A DNA stretch of 61,941 nucleotides, counting the filler, from Nemertoderma westbladi (Eukaryota > Animalia > Xenacoelomorpha), in assembly GCA_032718475.1 (NCBI GenBank). It is 3 parts of 3 records of this genome, joined end to end, with 100 filler letters (N's around TTAATTAATTAA, not from the genome) between each part and the next. Parts side by side here need not be neighbours in the genome. Positions count along the whole stretch, not along the records: positions 1 to 24,792 come from JAUCBJ010008416.1; 2 more parts are not named here. One strand, given 5' to 3'. The notes below the pieces were generated by a model, which was given only the letters and a program-made list of their open reading frames with translations, did no database searches and was not told the DNA's origin. How positions within the stretch are numbered: the first letter of the stretch is position 1; each line of letters begins with the position of its first letter. Made by a program: the position numbers and the translations under genes. Positions 1 to 12,262 of the stretch are shown one piece after another.

Positions 1-1441
1 ATAATTCTTTTTCTCTTTCCTTACTGCTCGTATTCTATTATAAATACGTGACTACAGTAAGATGAAATGTCCGTACTTATTAAAGTACAATAAAGCCACT
101 ACTATATTTAAGTATTATTGGTAGGCAGAGTATTAGGAATGCAAAGTTCAGATCCTCGTGTCTCGGCTAAACCAAGCTCTGGGTAGACCTTGGAAACGAC
201 TTGCCTCTTCACACTGACATTGCTTCGTGCGATATTGCTCTCATACCGTATATTAAATAATACATATAGTAGCGTGATGTCCCTTTAACAGTAGCGTAAA
301 ACGCAAAATAAATCTGTTAAACCCTTTGACCATCTGCAATTCTAGTCGATTAAGATATCGTGGCACCCACCGATATACTTGAAAGACAAATTATAGAATC
401 AGTGGTTAACATCCCCAGACAAGTTCTGGAATAAATCGGTGCCCATCTCAAATATTAATTAGTTAATATTTACAAATCAAATAAATCAAAATCTGTAAAA
501 TTCAGATCCTTCAACAATTCTAGTCAATTAAGATATTGTAGCATTTACCGATATTCTTAAAGAGACAATTTTCTTAGAATTAAGGATCTTGTGTCCCTAG
601 ACAAGTTCTAGAATCAAAATATGTCCATTTAATTATCAAATAATAAAATTTCAGGGAATAAATTTAAATTCATGTCTTTTAATGAATTTAATAAATTGCC
701 ATTTTACGCAATTTATAACATTCCCAAAATTCCATTAATTAATAGATCAAGGGAGCGGAGATTTATATTATTATGCGTATGCGTGTACGAAAGTCTCCCA
801 AACATAGTTAATAGCCGATAAAATTCGTAAAGTCATGTATAAACAGGACATTGACTATTAAAGAATTCCTATTAAATAACATCCCAGATCTGTATGCATT
901 GGAATTACCCTAATTCTACCGCTAGCTTTACATAATGTCACCATAGCAACAACCACGCTAGAATTAGAATTGAGTTAAAAGAACAATAGAAAGCTTGTCC
1001 CATTGAATAGCATAGGGAATAAATAGCGCACTGCTAGTATCCAAGGATACATAATAATACAGTGACATTCTGGAAGGCATTGACTAACGGACAAATGGCC
1101 CGAATGTGCGTAGTTGTGACCAGTTGTGTGGTATTTGTGAGTTTATAGGTGAATGTTACTGCTAAAGTGTGTTTACAGTAGCTAGTCGCAATCGTAAAAA
1201 TAACCTAACTCTCCAAGGAATACTTGAAGTACATCTAAGCCTTTGGGACGGACAGTGGAGTGACTTGTGCCGGTTATCGTTGTCGTTGTACAGCTACGTC
1301 GTTGGCGAAAGTACAGCTACAGCGGTACATCGGCGCTGAGAATCTCCTACTGTCCGGGGGCAAGGGAGAAATAGGCAGCGACGCCCGCTCGCCTAACGAT
1401 ATATAAACTCATTATAATATTGGTGAACTTGTATAGCAGAT

Positions 1442-3298
1442 ATGACTGAATTAATAGAAGATGATCTTGGTATCAGGGAGAGATATACTCTACCTTTACA
1501 AGCGTTTGTCGATAGCTTGATACGCGGCGACGCTGATCCAACTACTACGGAGGACGATGGTCGTTATATCGAACCGCCAATGTCCCAGGAGCAACTTACG
1601 CGTGAATTGGATTATAGAAAGTTCACTGCTCGCTACACGCATCGTAATGGTACGTATATGGACTTCTTGACCACTGGTCATCCTATTGATTTACACGACA
1701 CCGACGATGTAGACACCGAAAGGGAAATGGTTTTGTTTAAATATCATGCCCAGCGGAGTCGAAACGATAAATCGAGAATAGAACACGAGAACTCTATTCG
1801 AAACAAACTCGAAAGAGAAGACGTTGAAGAACCTGATAAACGTAACGGTTTCAACGATTATCTAGAATTCTTACGAGAGACCTATCTCAATGTTGCTAGT
1901 CAACAAAACCTCGAAACTCGATATCCCCAAGGTATGCATCAAGATCCTATAATGGAACTCAAACGGCTCTATTTTACGATGATGTATCTTACCGCCGATC
2001 GACCGCTACCTGTCGTTCCAGACAGCTTCGAACAGATGGAGGAATATTGTAAAACTGGAGAGCGATCACCCGCGTTTCCCCTTCAAGACGTTTGTATACA
2101 GAACCTACATTCATCCGTTATACAAAGACCCCGAATATCTACAGGTTATTCTGTCGTGGAAATACAGACAGTGGGTCCACTTACGGAAACCGACGCACCC
2201 ACTTCGTCTATGCAGCTGGAGGATGAACCAGTATGCTTGGAATCAGAAGCGATTCAACCTACGGCTTCTCGGAGCAGTGACAATGATTATGTCATAGAGT
2301 GGTATCAAGGTCCACAGCGTCTCACAGCGTACGATTATCGACACGCCAACTACGTTTCCCGAAAACGTTGTCGATTATGCGCATCGAGAGACCACTTCAC
2401 TCCTCTAGACTCGAGCGTACCTTGTTCCTATTTCCTCGAACAACCGATGATGGAAATATATTGTGCTTATTGCCGGCTTAATAACTCTCATATATTTGCC
2501 GTCTGCCCACAATTTATGACTCAATGTCACTACTGCCAACTTAAAGGACACGAAAGTTACAATTGTCCCTTTAATCGCGATTTAGAGAGCGTAGACGAGA
2601 TGATCACCCTGCGATACATCCGAGCTTGGGAAGCGAACGCAGATTTACATTGCGAATCCAGACATCGCTATTACCCTGGACGAGCTTACGAGGGAGTTTA
2701 CGCGTTCCATCCTTACCTATTCGCGTCGATTGAACAGAAAACACGCGTACCAAGTTACGAGTTAATAAAGCGTGTTGGTGAGTGTATTTCCACCAAGTTT
2801 GTCAGGAAATACCTTAGAAACGTTAACCCCAATGATATAACCACATATCACCTGATCAATTTTATCCGTCAGGACCCTGAGTATGGCGACATTTTCGTGA
2901 ACTCGCATCCTGAACTCCAGGAAGTATCTCGGCGCCCATATGAATATCGAACCCGAGAACGCGAGCTGGAGAGAACCATTAAACCGAGAAAGTTCCTCAC
3001 CACTCACGGTCCACCCACCGCTAGTGTCCAGACGACCCGTCAAGGACCCGTAGGAGCTGCTGTCCTAAGACGCGCTCTAAAGGCCGTTAGACCTCACTCC
3101 ACTGAGGTTGATATTAATCAACCAGGTACTTCGACCGGCGGGTATACCGATCGTAACCCTGCACCTTCTGATGCAATTATATTGCACCCTTCGCCTAGGA
3201 GCTACAGCCCTCCTCGTAAAGTGGCTCGCCCCAAAGAGAAAATGACTCTTGCTAGCTTTAAAAAACTGCGTAAACGCCGTCCGCGCAAGAAAGACTAA
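1442..3298 (+). CDS. Retrotransposon accessory ORF, 618 aa, three CCHC-type zinc knuckles and basic C-terminus, no obvious TM or signal peptide
   Basis: Intact ORF. Motifs CRLC-x4-H-x9-C, CAYC-x5-H-x4-C and CHYC-x4-H-x4-C at 2369-2566; C-terminal KKLRKRRPRKKD. Homologous copies at 41704-43310 and 52858-53498. Confidence 0.85.
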   Translation: MTELIEDDLGIRERYTLPLQAFVDSLIRGDADPTTTEDDGRYIEPPMSQEQLTRELDYRKFTARYTHRNGTYMDFLTTGHPIDLHDTDDVDTEREMVLFKYHAQRSRNDKSRIEHENSIRNKLEREDVEEPDKRNGFNDYLEFLRETYLNVASQQNLETRYPQGMHQDPIMELKRLYFTMMYLTADRPLPVVPDSFEQMEEYCKTGERSPAFPLQDVCIQNLHSSVIQRPRISTGYSVVEIQTVGPLTETDAPTSSMQLEDEPVCLESEAIQPTASRSSDNDYVIEWYQGPQRLTAYDYRHANYVSRKRCRLCASRDHFTPLDSSVPCSYFLEQPMMEIYCAYCRLNNSHIFAVCPQFMTQCHYCQLKGHESYNCPFNRDLESVDEMITLRYIRAWEANADLHCESRHRYYPGRAYEGVYAFHPYLFASIEQKTRVPSYELIKRVGECISTKFVRKYLRNVNPNDITTYHLINFIRQDPEYGDIFVNSHPELQEVSRRPYEYRTRERELERTIKPRKFLTTHGPPTASVQTTRQGPVGAAVLRRALKAVRPHSTEVDINQPGTSTGGYTDRNPAPSDAIILHPSPRSYSPPRKVARPKEKMTLASFKKLRKRRPRKKD

Positions 3299-3376
3299 CT
3301 GTTTAGAGTATTTTTATATTTTAGAAACTGTGATTTGGTATATTTTATAGACTTAAATCCCATTTTCTGGGAGCGG

Positions 3377-4596
3377 TGTAAAAGCTTTTGTGGGATAACT
3401 GATTCGTTTGCCTTGTTGGCCAGTTCCCCCCCGGTCGCTAGAATACTCTAAAGGGGATCTATAGTTAAAATAGTGCAAGCTACCAGCTTATTGGCTGATT
3501 TGCTGTATGCAGGTATCTGGGCTCTGTTTAATCGGCCAACCAGCCTAAGAAGGTTGCGTCATAGCCTTGTTTTGTATCTCCCAATAGAATTTGAGTTAGC
3601 CTTGATTTTGACCTATCACAGAGCTACTGAACTGAAATTTTCCTATCTCACTGCTCTTTCTCTGTGTTGAACGGGAGCTTCGTGGAATAAGGGTAGTTGG
3701 TATCCTCGTATAGAGCAGTAGTCACGAGTTTTTCAAAGCCACGAAAGAACGGCTTTATAGTGTTTTGTGCTTTTCTGCTTTTTAGCTCAACACTAGTAGG
3801 TTTAATTATAAGGACATATATCCTTTAACTGACATACCGACCAAACTCATGGAATCACTGCAATCACTGCTGACACACGGCTTTTAATAACTGCTGAAAC
3901 TGCTAAAATTACCTGCTCAATCAATACTGTATACTGCTATTTGTTGTCGGTTATTCATTATATTTGTTGATGAATTATTATATTGGAATAACGAGAAATA
4001 ACCCCGACACCCAATATTCTTGATATACCGAAGGTAAGAGAGAAAGGTTACCAATAACGATTGTGACTTATGTTAAAGTGGTTTGAAGTGAATCTAATGT
4101 TATTTGATAGACCCTACATGAGTCAGTCTGTGTTCCTTTTATATGTGACTAAAATCAGTGAAGATTGGCAGATTAGTGTGCAGTATTGTGCAGCATTGTG
4201 TATGAGTGAGTCTGTTAAAGAAGCATTTCCTAAAGAATGCGCCATATATGTGAATTATAATTAAGCCATATCGTTGTGAGTAGTTTAAGTCATAACTCTG
4301 TTTATATAGATAAAGCGCCACGTCCTAAAGGAACTGTTAATATTCCCGAAGGTGAATAATATTGTCAGAGATTATATAATACTGTCAGTCGAATAATACA
4401 TTAGGCTTACATAGCAATAAAATTAAACCGTCGAACCCAATCTCCCGGGAATATCCAGCGGGTGAATGATCGCGCACAGATTGGTTTCGACTAGTGTAGT
4501 GAATCAAATACTTGTCATAGGCTAAAAAGCGATTTAATATCTAGAAGACATCTTAATTTGGCGGGTTAAACTGCCAAAGGTCTGAAAGCGCGAACA
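3377..4596 (+). repeat. 3' LTR of copy A (~1.2 kb)
   Basis: Starts TGTAAAAG right after the PPT and ends GCGAACA. Near-identical to the reverse complement of 51614-52779. TATA-like motif near 3807, AATAAA near 4415. Confidence 0.9.
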
Positions 4597-5000
4597 GCGG
4601 GTCAATGACCTCCAATGCGTTCAAGGAGAGACTAATGAAGTTACGGAACTCGCCCTTGGCTCACTGGAAATCACCTGCCGAAATCCTCTTCGGCCACCAG
4701 ACGCGCACACTGGTCCATGCACACAGCCGCGCATTCCGCTCAGACCATCAGAAAGTCCGCACCCAGTTGGATTCCAAGGTCCCAGAACTCCAAGATAAAG
4801 TGGCAGCCCAATACAATAAGGGCTCCAAGACGCTTGACCCACTGACCGTTGGAAACCCGGTTCACATTCAGAATCCGTCGACCAACCGCTGGGACAAAAC
4901 CGGAAAGATTGTCGAAGTCGGACCAAAGCGTCGGAACATGGTACGAATGGCTTCCGGGCGCGTCCTTCAACGCAACCGCTGGTTCCTTCTGTATGACACC
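4597..5000 (+). mobile_element. Ty3/Gypsy integrase C-terminal fragment interrupted by BEL copy A
   Basis: LRNSP...SPAEILFGHQTRT...YNKGSKTLDPLTVGNPVHIQNP...W..GKIVE...GRVLQRNR matches the Gypsy integrase C-terminal pattern. It begins immediately after the LTR end. Confidence 0.75.
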
Positions 5001-6049
5001 TCGATCATCCAAGGCGGCGAGAAAACTCTACTGCAGAAGCCCTCAGACTCGGCCAACCTTTGTAATATCCTAAATCTAACACACAGTTTTTGTAGTTTGA
5101 TTGAAATTGAAATGATGTCGGACGCTTGGTGTCGGATGTTTGGATTTGCCCACTTATCCATGTTCTTTTATTTGTACTTTGTTGGGAAGCAATGTGAGTA
5201 TTAATATTGGCCTTGTCTTAAACAACATCTCAGCTCTACGAGGGCACGAAAATGAAATAATTTCGTTTACAACTTTTCAAAATATGGCATATTTATTGAA
5301 CCGTACATTTTTTTTATCACATCTTTTTCGAAAACTTTTTATGTGTTGCTAAATATTACAATAATCCTGCCATCAGAAGGTAGAACACCCCATCGCAAAA
5401 AATCATGTTTTGAGTAAATTGACTTAGACTTTGGCGGTTTGGTGTAAGGATCAGCAAATCGTGAGATTTAGACCCGTATATGTTCAGGAAGAGGAAAGAT
5501 TGGAAAAATTTTTGATCAAAAAAATTTTCATTCGCATGGCCTTAAGCACTGAGATAAGAAACATCGGTAGGGTGTTTGGCATATCACAATAATTACAATT
5601 TTCGCAAAGGGTGTTTTTACGGTCGACGAATTGCAATTATTATTAGGGTGTTTTGCATATCACCAATTTACATATGGTGATTTTTATTAATGTGTAATTA
5701 CTTTTGATTACCGGCTGGGGTGAAACATAGGTGTTAATTTATTCCGCATTTATATTTCATTTTTACTATCAAAATTATACCAGAGAAATATGTAGTAAAT
5801 AGTTTTCCAACAAAGAATTAGAAGTTCACTAATAATCTTCTCTTTACAGCCAAACTTGCACTTATATGAGCAACCAGCATCGCGCAATACGTGTTTATGA
5901 GAGTCAAAAATACGTCTATCATCAGGAGATCGACATCTGCTTTGGGCTGGTGTGGCATTACCATGCAAAATCCACTGATTTCGTGGATATGCTAAACTGT
6001 TGGACGATATTATTCTCTCCATCCAGATCATAAACATTATCAAATACTT

Positions 6050-7587
6050 TATAACTCCATCTACCAACACCAACATCACCCCGTTCATCCACACCATCTA
6101 CCTCCAACACCCCATATCCACCCTCTCCATCTACCTCCAACATCACTGTCCACCCACTCCAACTACCTCCAACACCTGTCCACCCATTCCATCTACCTCC
6201 GATATCCCCTGTCCACAAACTCCATCTACCTCCAACATCCCCTGTCCACCCACTCCATCTACCTCCAACATCCCCTGTCCACCCACTCCATCTACCTCCG
6301 ACATCCCCTGTCCACCCATTCCATCTACCTCCAACATCCCTTGTCCACCCACTTCATCTACTTCTGATATCCCCTGTCTACCAAATCTATCTACCTCCAA
6401 CACCTGTCCACCCATTACATCTACCTCCAACATCCCCTGTCCACACACTCCATCTACCTCCGACATCCCCTGTCCACCCACTCCATCTACTTCTGATATC
6501 CCCTGTCTACCCAATCTATCTACCTCCAACACCTCCTGTCCACCCATTCCATCTACCTCCGACATCCCCTGTTCACCCACTCCCATCTACCTCCGACATC
6601 CCCTGTCCACCCACTCCATCTACCTCCGACATCCCCTGTCCACCCACTCCATCTACCTCCAACATCCCCTGTCCACACACTCCATCTACCTCCAACATCC
6701 CCTGTCCACCCACTCCATCTACCTCCAACATCCTCTGTCCACCCACTCCATCTACCTCCGACATCCCCTGTCCACCCATTCCATCTACCTCCAACATCCC
6801 TTGTCCACACACTCCATCTACCTCCGATATCCCCTGTCCACCCACTCCATCTACTTCTGATATCCCCTGTCTACCCAATCTATCTACCTCCAACACCTCC
6901 TGTCCACCCATTCCATCTACCTCCAACATCCCCTGTCCAGGCACTCCCATCTACCTCCGACATCCCCTGTCCACCCACTCCCATCTATCTCCGACATCTC
7001 CTGTCCACCCACTCCATCTACCTCCGACATCCCCTGTCCACCCACTCCATCCTCCGACATCCCCTATCCACCCACTCCATCTACCTCCAACATCGTCTGT
7101 CCACCCACTCCATCTACTTCTGATATCCCCTGTCCACCCAATCCATCTACCTCCAACACCTGTCCACCCATTCCATCTACCTCCAACATCACCTGTCCAC
7201 CCACTCCATCTACTTCTGATATCCCCTGTCCACCCAATCCATCTACTTCCAATACCTGTCCACCCATTCCATCTACCTCCAACATCCCCTATGTCCACAC
7301 ACTCCATCTACCTCCGACATCCCCTGTCCACCCACACCATCTACCTCCAACATCCCCTGTCCACACACTCCATCTACCTCCGACATCCCCTGTCCACCCA
7401 CTCCATCTACCTCCGACATCCCCTGTCCACACATTCCATCTACCTCCAACATCCCCTGTCCACCCAATCTATCTACCTCCAACACCTGTATACCCAATCT
7501 ATCTACCTCCAACACCTCCTGTCCACTCATTCCATCTACCTCCAACATCACCTGTCCACCCACTCCATTTACCTCCGACATCTCCAG
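6050..7587. repeat. ~33-bp C-rich minisatellite (CCATCTACCTCCAACATCCCCTGTCCACCCACT)n, ~45 units
   Basis: Directly visible tandem array with 30-34 bp variants. It generates spurious repetitive ORFs on both strands. Confidence 0.95.
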
Positions 7588-7779
7588 CTATAAAGGATTA
7601 GTAGAAGAACATATGCTGAAAATTTCATGCAATTTGGTGCTGTAGTTCCAAAGAAACAGGTACATGGGTGAAAAATAAAAAACAAAACATAAAATTCTGA
7701 GATAACGGCATTTAAAATTTTTAAACCTTCCCGCCATTTTTTGTTAAATGGAGGGATAATTCAATTTATATTGAAAAAA

Positions 7780-8812
7780 TAAGGATGAATACTTCTTAAC
7801 TAAAATTTTCGATATGGGGGTTTTCTGAGATTGTGATTGCATTTCCGATGTCAATTTTAACGTTTGACAAATTCCAGACTGTCAGTCTGTCTGTTTATCA
7901 GACAATCTGTCTGTCTGTCTGTCAGTCGAAATTTAGGAAAGGACACGACATCAGCATTAAAGGGCTTTTCCTGGTAGGTGATTCCATTTCTGGTGTGAGT
8001 ATTCAAATATGATAGCTCTGTGTTGGTCTGTATACCTGTCGGTCTGTCCGTCAAAATATAACAGACAGACAGACAACCTGATAGACCTTCTATGAATCCT
8101 TTAAACGTTAAAACAGAAATTAGAAATGGAACCATAGACCAGTAAAACCCCTATACCAACATTTTCAGTTTAGTATTTCATTCATAATTTTTGAGTGACA
8201 GAGACAGATAGAAATGCACGCAGACAGAAAGACAGACAATCTTTGATTAGAACACTTTGATTAAAATAGACATTAGAAATGAGATCACTAAACAGGAAAA
8301 ATCATAGCGAAAATTGTACAATTCGCGTGTTTCTTTAATTTTGTCAGACAAGACCGACTGACAGGCAGAAAGACAACAATAACTCGAGAACTAAAAGAGA
8401 TCTCGCTATGTCATTTTCAGTTTTTAAATCGCAAGATACATTTTGATCAGAATCCGGTAAAAAAAAAATTTAATTTTTATCACATACACGACACGTGTCC
8501 TTAATGAAAAGTGAAAAATAATCACGTATAAAAATTACCCACCCCCAATTGCGCAGGGTTATAAAAAATTAGTAATTTACCGACATTTTAAACCAATAAT
8601 CTGAAGGCAAACAGTAATTTGCGTTTTACTCGAAATGACTTTTTGTAACTTGCGGTCTTTTCACATTGCACAGCTGAATTGGTATGTTACACATTATAGT
8701 TTAATAAAATCAAAATTACAGTGTTTAAGAAATTCTACAAATTAATTGAAATTTCGGAAAATAATATCTATTTTCTGAGCCTCGTGCTGCGCGAAGGCCC
8801 CACGAACGTGTA
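7780..8812 (+). mobile_element. Helentron/DINE-1-like non-autonomous element
   Basis: (CTGT)n/(GACA)n blocks and internal inverted sub-repeats. The GC-rich end GCGCGAAGGCCCCACGAACGTGT recurs inverted at 61327-61365. Confidence 0.5.
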
Positions 8813-8827
8813 CGTTATGTACCGGTA

Positions 8828-9410
8828 TGGGTCCGTGCACAAATGATGTCACGGTCGAAGAGGGGGGGGGGGGGGGAATTTTGTGACAATTTGTGACTTG
8901 GGGAGAGGGGGGTAGCTATACTTGTGACGTCACAATAGCACTTTGGTAAACAAATAAAATTAACAACACCAACATCAACAGCCAAAGTGAAATCCATTCA
9001 AGTAATCGCGAATCGAGGTGATGAAGTGTTAATTTATAATGTTAATAATAATTTAGTTAATTAATTTAATAATTAAGTTAATTATAATGTTCATTTATTT
9101 AATTTAGACCCAGGAAGGTGCACTGGTGCACTTCCGGTGATCGATGTCGAAACTCAAATGTCGTCATTCCGATGGGAGTGAATAATGAATATGTGGGGTG
9201 TCTTCCTTGTTTAGTAATTGCGTACAGCTGAATTAATGAAGTATTAACATTTAGTATTGACTAATAACATAATAATTTCAAATTTAACATTTTTATTAAC
9301 TATACTGCGTATTTTTTGTGACAGTGACGTTCAAGTGGGGAGGGGCTTACAAAATTCGTGACAGAGTGTGACAGGGGTTGAAAATCGTCAATTATTTGTC
9401 CACGGCCCCT
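8828..9410. mobile_element. PIF/Harbinger-like MITE
   Basis: Imperfect TIRs GGGTCCGTGCACAAATGA / TTATTTGTCCACGGCCCC in TA-rich flanks, with subterminal GTGACA motifs. Confidence 0.6.
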
Positions 9411-9552
9411 ATATTGGTTACTATGGCGATGAAAGTCAATTTAGTCAGCAAACAAAGATGGATCGAGGCAGGGTAATAAAAAAATCAGATCCCTTATATA
9501 TTTACAATATAAAAATACATAAATATATTTCTCAGAAAAACTTATGACATAA

Positions 9553-10625
9553 CGGCAGCTCCAAACCAAAACCCAGTAAGTACATTTTTTGACTTTTCGA
9601 GATAATCTCGTTTAAAGTTTTTGGACTTTAAACAGCTGGCATTTGGTTAAAATTTAATTTGATGAGTTATAATTTTGTGTACCTTTACAAATTGTACATA
9701 TATATTAGTGCCAAAACTTTTTTTTTTAATTTATTCCTTACTTTTCATATAAATCGACTTACACGGTTTTGGTATGGTAGAAAAGAAAATAATTGTGATT
9801 TTTGATGCATCAATACCCAGTAACGTCACGATTCCCATTTCAAAACACAGTAACTAATTTGCCCACACCAAAACCCAGTAAACTAACATTTAACTTTTCC
9901 AATCAGTTACCTTTCCCATGCCAAAACCAAGTAACTGACAAGTCCCTTCGCCAAAACCCAGTAACTCTGACTTCCTTCGCCAAAACGGTTAGCGAAAACA
10001 AAGAGGCAACATTCTAGAATATAATATTCTAGAACATTTAATTATTTGTCTACGTCTGTTGCGTTGCCGGAGTTACTGGGTTTTGGTTTGGCATAGTATC
10101 TGCATTCGGGAAATCCCACGTCAAAACCCAGTATCTCAAACTGCTGGAAACCCAGTAACTCTGTTTACTGGGTTTTGACGTGGTAAATCTGACATTATCA
10201 ATATACATACTGGGTTTTGACTTGGACAATTTGTCTTTCGGAAATGATACTCAATTTTGTTCAGAAAATACCATGTGAAAACCCAGTAAAGAATTTTGCT
10301 CGAAACCCAGTAAGTGCAGTTACTGGGTTTTGGCGCAGGATCTTGGGATTTTTGAGCACATACTGGGTTTTGATGGAGTAACTTTTTCAAAATAACACCA
10401 GAAAGGATACACGAAACCCAGTAACTAGCATTACTGTGTTTCGACGTGGTATTTGCTCTAAATTAGCTAATTAGTTAATTAATTAATTGTTAATACTGCG
10501 AAATCAGTTAGTGCTATGGTTTCGAAACTGAGTCAGATGAATTCTACGCCCCCAAAAACCCCAAAAATCGAAAAAGCTCGATTTCGAAAAAAATTGACAT
10601 ACTGGGTTTTGGTTTGGAGCTGCCG
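9553..10625. mobile_element. Non-autonomous TIR DNA transposon with 4-bp ATAA TSD (Sola-like)
   Basis: Perfect 26-bp TIR CGGCAGCTCCAAACCAAAACCCAGTA with ATAA on both flanks. Many internal AAAACCCAGTA copies in both orientations. Confidence 0.8.
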
Positions 10626-12262
10626 ATAAGTTTCCTTTAAACTAACGCTGGCATCGGGGCAATGGTTCGAATATTCGTGAAAGCAAACAAATATCGGAAA
10701 CTACTAGCCACAAGGTTTAAAGTAACTTCGTCATAAATTGCTACAAAACAATATGGAACCATGGCAACAATAAGCAGAACTCCAATAACAACAAGGCTAT
10801 GCGGAGACACACGGTTAGAGTTAGTAACACGAACTTATGGGAAATGCAATTGGCAATCCCTTATTATACAATCGCGTGGAATACAATGACTTAAATTAAA
10901 CGAATTATAGGTACACGGACCCCCCCCCCCCCCCCCCCCCTTTTTATCCAGCTTCTAATGAGATAAAAACACACTGCTCGATCTCCAGAAATATTATGTA
11001 TTCATGACATAGCATCGCGGATGCAAAACCATGTACCTTAGGCTAGCTGAAGAAATTAAAATATTGTTACCGATCTTGTAAAAATCACTAAATAAAGGTT
11101 GGAGAATAACTACAGTAGCAGTACGACGACTGGTACTGACTCAATGAGGAAGGAGGTGTAACTAAGTTCGTGCAATTTAATTAAGATTTGTAGAAAAATA
11201 GGGGAGGGGGGGGGGGTAGGTACCTGAATAACGACATTATATTCCGGGATCGGGACATGGTGTATACCATATAACAAATTGTAATAATTGAAAAAACAAA
11301 ATACAAAGACTCATAGCCATGTCTGTGGAGTTCTGCAACCAGACATACAACATCCACTCTAACGCAAAGCGCACCAGCAACCAATCAGAAACTACGTCCA
11401 TGCATTGTGTTGCGCCTCGTTGCGGGAGGTTTCGGTATTCCCTATTTTACTTTCAGTACTCGCATTGTGTGCCGCGTCCGTTTCGCTTCCGGCACAGTGG
11501 ATGGTCCCTTTTCCGAAAGTTCTATTGGCGACAGCTGCGTTGTTGTGTTGCTTGGCAACCAACCCGTTGCTGGAATTGCGACGGACTACATCCTCTGCGA
11601 ACACCAGCCCGGCGAACTGCGCGTCCGTATAGACTCCATTGGGGATCGTGAACGAATCATCTGGAACAAACGGGGGAGGGGGCGATACCTAAACTTGAAG
11701 AAAACTAAAAGTTATTAAGCTGTTCCCATAGCAACACCCACAAATACAACTCAGACAACCACAATTAATATATTAAGTTATAAAACTATATAAAAGTTGC
11801 GACTTGGAAAGTTATATGTTTTCTGTCATCAAGCAAAATATATTTAAAATGGATTTTTTGTTTGTAGAAGAGGAATAATTGTAAGAAATTGTTATAATTC
11901 AAAGTAACTAATAACAAACTCATGTTAACATATAAACATTATGGTAAACCAAGGAATACTATTGAGTGAGATACTGACAGTGCCGAAATAAAAGCGCGAA
12001 AGTAATTTACAAGTGCGAATATTCGCGTTTAGTTCTTCGATGATAATAAACAAAACATTAAATCCATCACACATTAAATATTCAAAAGGTAAATCAACGA
12101 CTTTAGTTTATTATTGTTTTTATGTGAATGTAAAAACAAACACCGTAAATTACATATTTAAGAATTAAGTTGTGAAAGAAACAGCCCAATAAGAACTCAA
12201 TGGCATTGCGCTATCCGGATCTCTCTGTTTTTACCAGTACGCACCATTGGGTGTCCGTCCAT

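Larger units (their letters stand above)
1..4596 (+). mobile_element. BEL/Pao LTR retrotransposon copy A, 3' part (post-pol spacer, accessory ORF, PPT, 3' LTR)
   Basis: 1-1441 matches the reverse complement of ~43311-44797, which lies directly downstream of a BEL pol in copy B. A purine tract TGGGAGCGG precedes a TGTA...GAACA LTR. Confidence 0.9.

Noticed and set aside
1442-3298. Calling the accessory ORF env or Nanos
   Set aside because: No signal peptide, TM or fusion features are visible, and the CCHC spacing does not match the Nanos C-x2-C-x12-H-x10-C pattern.
4070-4321. Short ORFs repeated three times (MLKWFEVN…, MALYLYKQ…)
   Set aside because: They lie within LTR copies, so recurrence reflects LTR identity. 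Most start at non-ATG codons and none shows a recognisable domain.
5061-5227. Possible short Gypsy LTR (TGTAAT…AACA)
   Set aside because: No clear PPT, TSD or second copy in the window.
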